64,000 nt of DNA from Syntrophales bacterium (GTDB lineage: Bacteria; Desulfobacterota; Syntrophia; Syntrophales; Fen-1087): the NCBI GenBank assembly GCA_034678725.1, contig JAXDBM010000093.1, forward strand, positions 6,798-70,797, in the 5' to 3' direction. Below are positions 62,697 to 64,000 of this stretch, piece by piece. Position 1 is the first letter of the stretch. Each line of letters starts with the position of its first letter. The notes beneath the pieces are model-generated. The model ran no database searches. It saw nothing but the letters and a program-made list of their open reading frames with translations, and had not been told where the DNA came from. A program made the position numbers and the translations under genes.

Positions 62697-62725
62697 ACTT
62701 TAAAATCAACACATTATTTTGTCAA
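62697..62725 (-). promoter_or_regulatory. Candidate strong sigma70 promoter of the tRNA-rpmG-secE-nusG cluster
   Basis: The minus strand reads aaaaaaaatcTTGACAaaataatgtgttgatttTAAAGT. That is a consensus -35, a 17-nt spacer, a TAAAGT -10, and an A-tract (UP-like) just upstream. Confidence 0.5.
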
Positions 62726-62744
62726 GATTTTTTTTCTTTCCGTT

Positions 62745-63281
62745 TCAAAAAACATCCGCGGAAAATATGTATATTTTTGTGTCCTTGTCTTTCCATGCCT
62801 GTGGTTGTAGGCCTGCTTTATGGCAGGTTTCTTCCAGAAAAGTGATCCTTTCCCAGCCGTACGCTGTCGCCACCTGCGGCAACAGCAAGCCGGAATGACG
62901 GTCTTTGGTTATATACAAACCATGCTTCCCCACCTCAATCTCCCGAATATCCGAAATCTGCAGGAGCGGACCCAAAACGGAAATTTCAAAGGACAGCTCC
63001 TCAAATTCCTCCGGACGCAATCTCGGAAATCTCGGATCGTGAAAGGCCGCGGCGACGGCCATTTCCCTGACCGTCTGATAGAGCGGCTTGATGGCATCGA
63101 TGTAACCGATACATCCCCGCAACTGATCGTTTTTCTTTAAGGTTACAAAAGCACCCCTTTTTTCCTTCAGAATGTCCGAACGAATCGGAAAATCGCCATA
63201 CCCGCGACCGGTCAGTTTTGCGGCGATGGAGTCCTGCACAAGGTCATGCAATAAATTTTTATCCTGTTCCGTTAATTCCAC
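62745..63281 (-). CDS. AMMECR1 domain-containing protein
   Basis: 178 aa. RGAFVTLKKNDQLRGCIGYI...AAAFHDPRFPRL...LLLPQVA are hallmark AMMECR1 motifs. Confidence 0.88.
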   Translation of the reverse strand: MELTEQDKNLLHDLVQDSIAAKLTGRGYGDFPIRSDILKEKRGAFVTLKKNDQLRGCIGYIDAIKPLYQTVREMAVAAAFHDPRFPRLRPEEFEELSFEISVLGPLLQISDIREIEVGKHGLYITKDRHSGLLLPQVATAYGWERITFLEETCHKAGLQPQAWKDKDTKIYIFSADVF

Positions 63282-63294
63282 ATCCGTTCACCGA

Positions 63295-64000
63295 TTATTG
63301 ACTCAAATCATCAGCTGGAAGGCTCCGATAAAACGCAACGGAAGCATAACCAACAATGCGGCTTCGCCTGTCCCCGACGACATCACCGGAATTTTCATAT
63401 TTCAGGATTTCGGCGCGGTCGGCTCCCAGTTTTCGAGCAGCCATGATCACGACAGCCGACGGACCGCCGCCACAGGCTTCCGTTGCGCCTTTGGCAAGTT
63501 CCATCAACAGACCGGGCGCATCCATTTTTTGCATGCACCGCAAGGCGATACCGTCCATGCGCACGGCCTCTTCATAAGCATAGTCGTGGGAAAGATCGGA
63601 GCTGGCCACGAGCAGCACCTTTCGATGGCCGGCCGCATGTACGATTGCGCGAGCGAGTTGTTCACAGGTATCGGCACGCTGATCCGCCATAATCAGGGGG
63701 ACGAAATGAAATTGACCCAGTGCCCTCTGCAGGAAGGGCAGTTGAATCTCGATGGCATTGTATTCCTGCATGTGCGCATCCGGCAGAACGGACACAACAC
63801 TGCTTTGCGCCGCAATTTCGTCGGCCAGTTCGGCATGAACCGGAACAATGCCCAAGGGTGTTTCATATCCCCCTCTGTTGAATACGGACACCCCCCGGAA
63901 TGATGCGCGGTGGCTCGGCCCCACGACAATGACAGCATCATAGGTCCGTCCCCGAATGAGTTTGTAAGCACAGGCAGCCACCTGCCCGGAATAGGCGTAA
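63295..64000 (-). CDS. Memo-like (AmmeMemoRadiSam system protein B) protein, C-terminal ~235 aa; the N-terminus lies beyond the right edge
   Basis: The frame is open through position 64000: ...YAYSGQVAACAYKLIRGRTYDAVIVVGPSHR...LVASSDLSHDY...ACGGGP. The track's start at 63981 is an internal GTG. Confidence 0.85.
   Translation of the reverse strand, partial: YAYSGQVAACAYKLIRGRTYDAVIVVGPSHRASFRGVSVFNRGGYETPLGIVPVHAELADEIAAQSSVVSVLPDAHMQEYNAIEIQLPFLQRALGQFHFVPLIMADQRADTCEQLARAIVHAAGHRKVLLVASSDLSHDYAYEEAVRMDGIALRCMQKMDAPGLLMELAKGATEACGGGPSAVVIMAARKLGADRAEILKYENSGDVVGDRRSRIVGYASVAFYRSLPADDLSQ

Noticed and set aside
1-64000. Scanned for CRISPR arrays, transposases or integrases, phage genes, toxin-antitoxin pairs, reverse transcriptases and defence-type ATPases or nucleases
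   Set aside because: I recognised none. There are no regularly spaced direct repeats and no IS-like inverted terminal repeats. Every ORF longer than about 130 aa outside shadow frames has an ordinary housekeeping, metabolic or signalling assignment.

Overview
This is a GC-rich bacterial chromosomal window. LptD is present, so the organism is a diderm. The redox and radical-SAM gene content suggests an anaerobic Deltaproteobacteria/Thermodesulfobacteriota-like organism, but that is inference only.

From about 25.3 to 62.6 kb almost everything is minus-strand core machinery. In transcription order it runs: tRNA-Thr/Tyr/Gly/Thr, rpmG, tRNA-Trp, secE, nusG, rplK-rplA-rplJ-rplL, rpoB-rpoC, rpsL-rpsG, tuf, then contiguous S10, spc and alpha operons. 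The small genes rpmJ and rpmG are too short for the ORF track and were found by hand. After the alpha operon come a small EF-Tu-domain-like ORF, folC-lptD, and rplM-rpsI | argC-cysS. The right edge carries an AMMECR1 gene and a Memo-like gene that runs off the window.

The left 25 kb is a mixed metabolic, redox and signalling neighbourhood:
- a GAF sensor that runs off the left edge and is missing from the ORF track
- a MarR plus molybdopterin oxidoreductase pair
- a truncated flavoprotein remnant
- an HdrD/GlcF-like Fe-S protein divergent from an acyl-CoA ligase
- a QueG-like Fe-S protein plus a cupin
- enoyl-CoA hydratase, a metallophosphoesterase, a glutaredoxin-like protein and an FTR-catalytic/rubredoxin fusion
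- groES-groEL
- an ACT protein, a DapA-family aldolase and a beta-hydroxyacid dehydrogenase
- DUF47 plus a TM2 protein
- a cNMP-GGDEF protein plus a B12-type radical SAM protein
- a CoA-transferase/GNAT fusion
- a hybrid PAS histidine kinase

I saw no CRISPR array, transposase, integrase, phage gene or recognisable defence or toxin gene. I cannot honestly point to a clear novel multi-gene system. The best leads are regulatory or architectural:
- a perfect 44-bp palindrome carrying back-to-back TTGACA boxes
- a CIRCE-less groESL promoter with a tandem 17-bp repeat
- the cNMP-GGDEF / B12-rSAM pair with CX4CX2C spacing
- the CoA-transferase-GNAT fusion
- the Grx-like / FTRc-rubredoxin pair

Many long ORFs antisense to real genes are GC-driven shadow ORFs.
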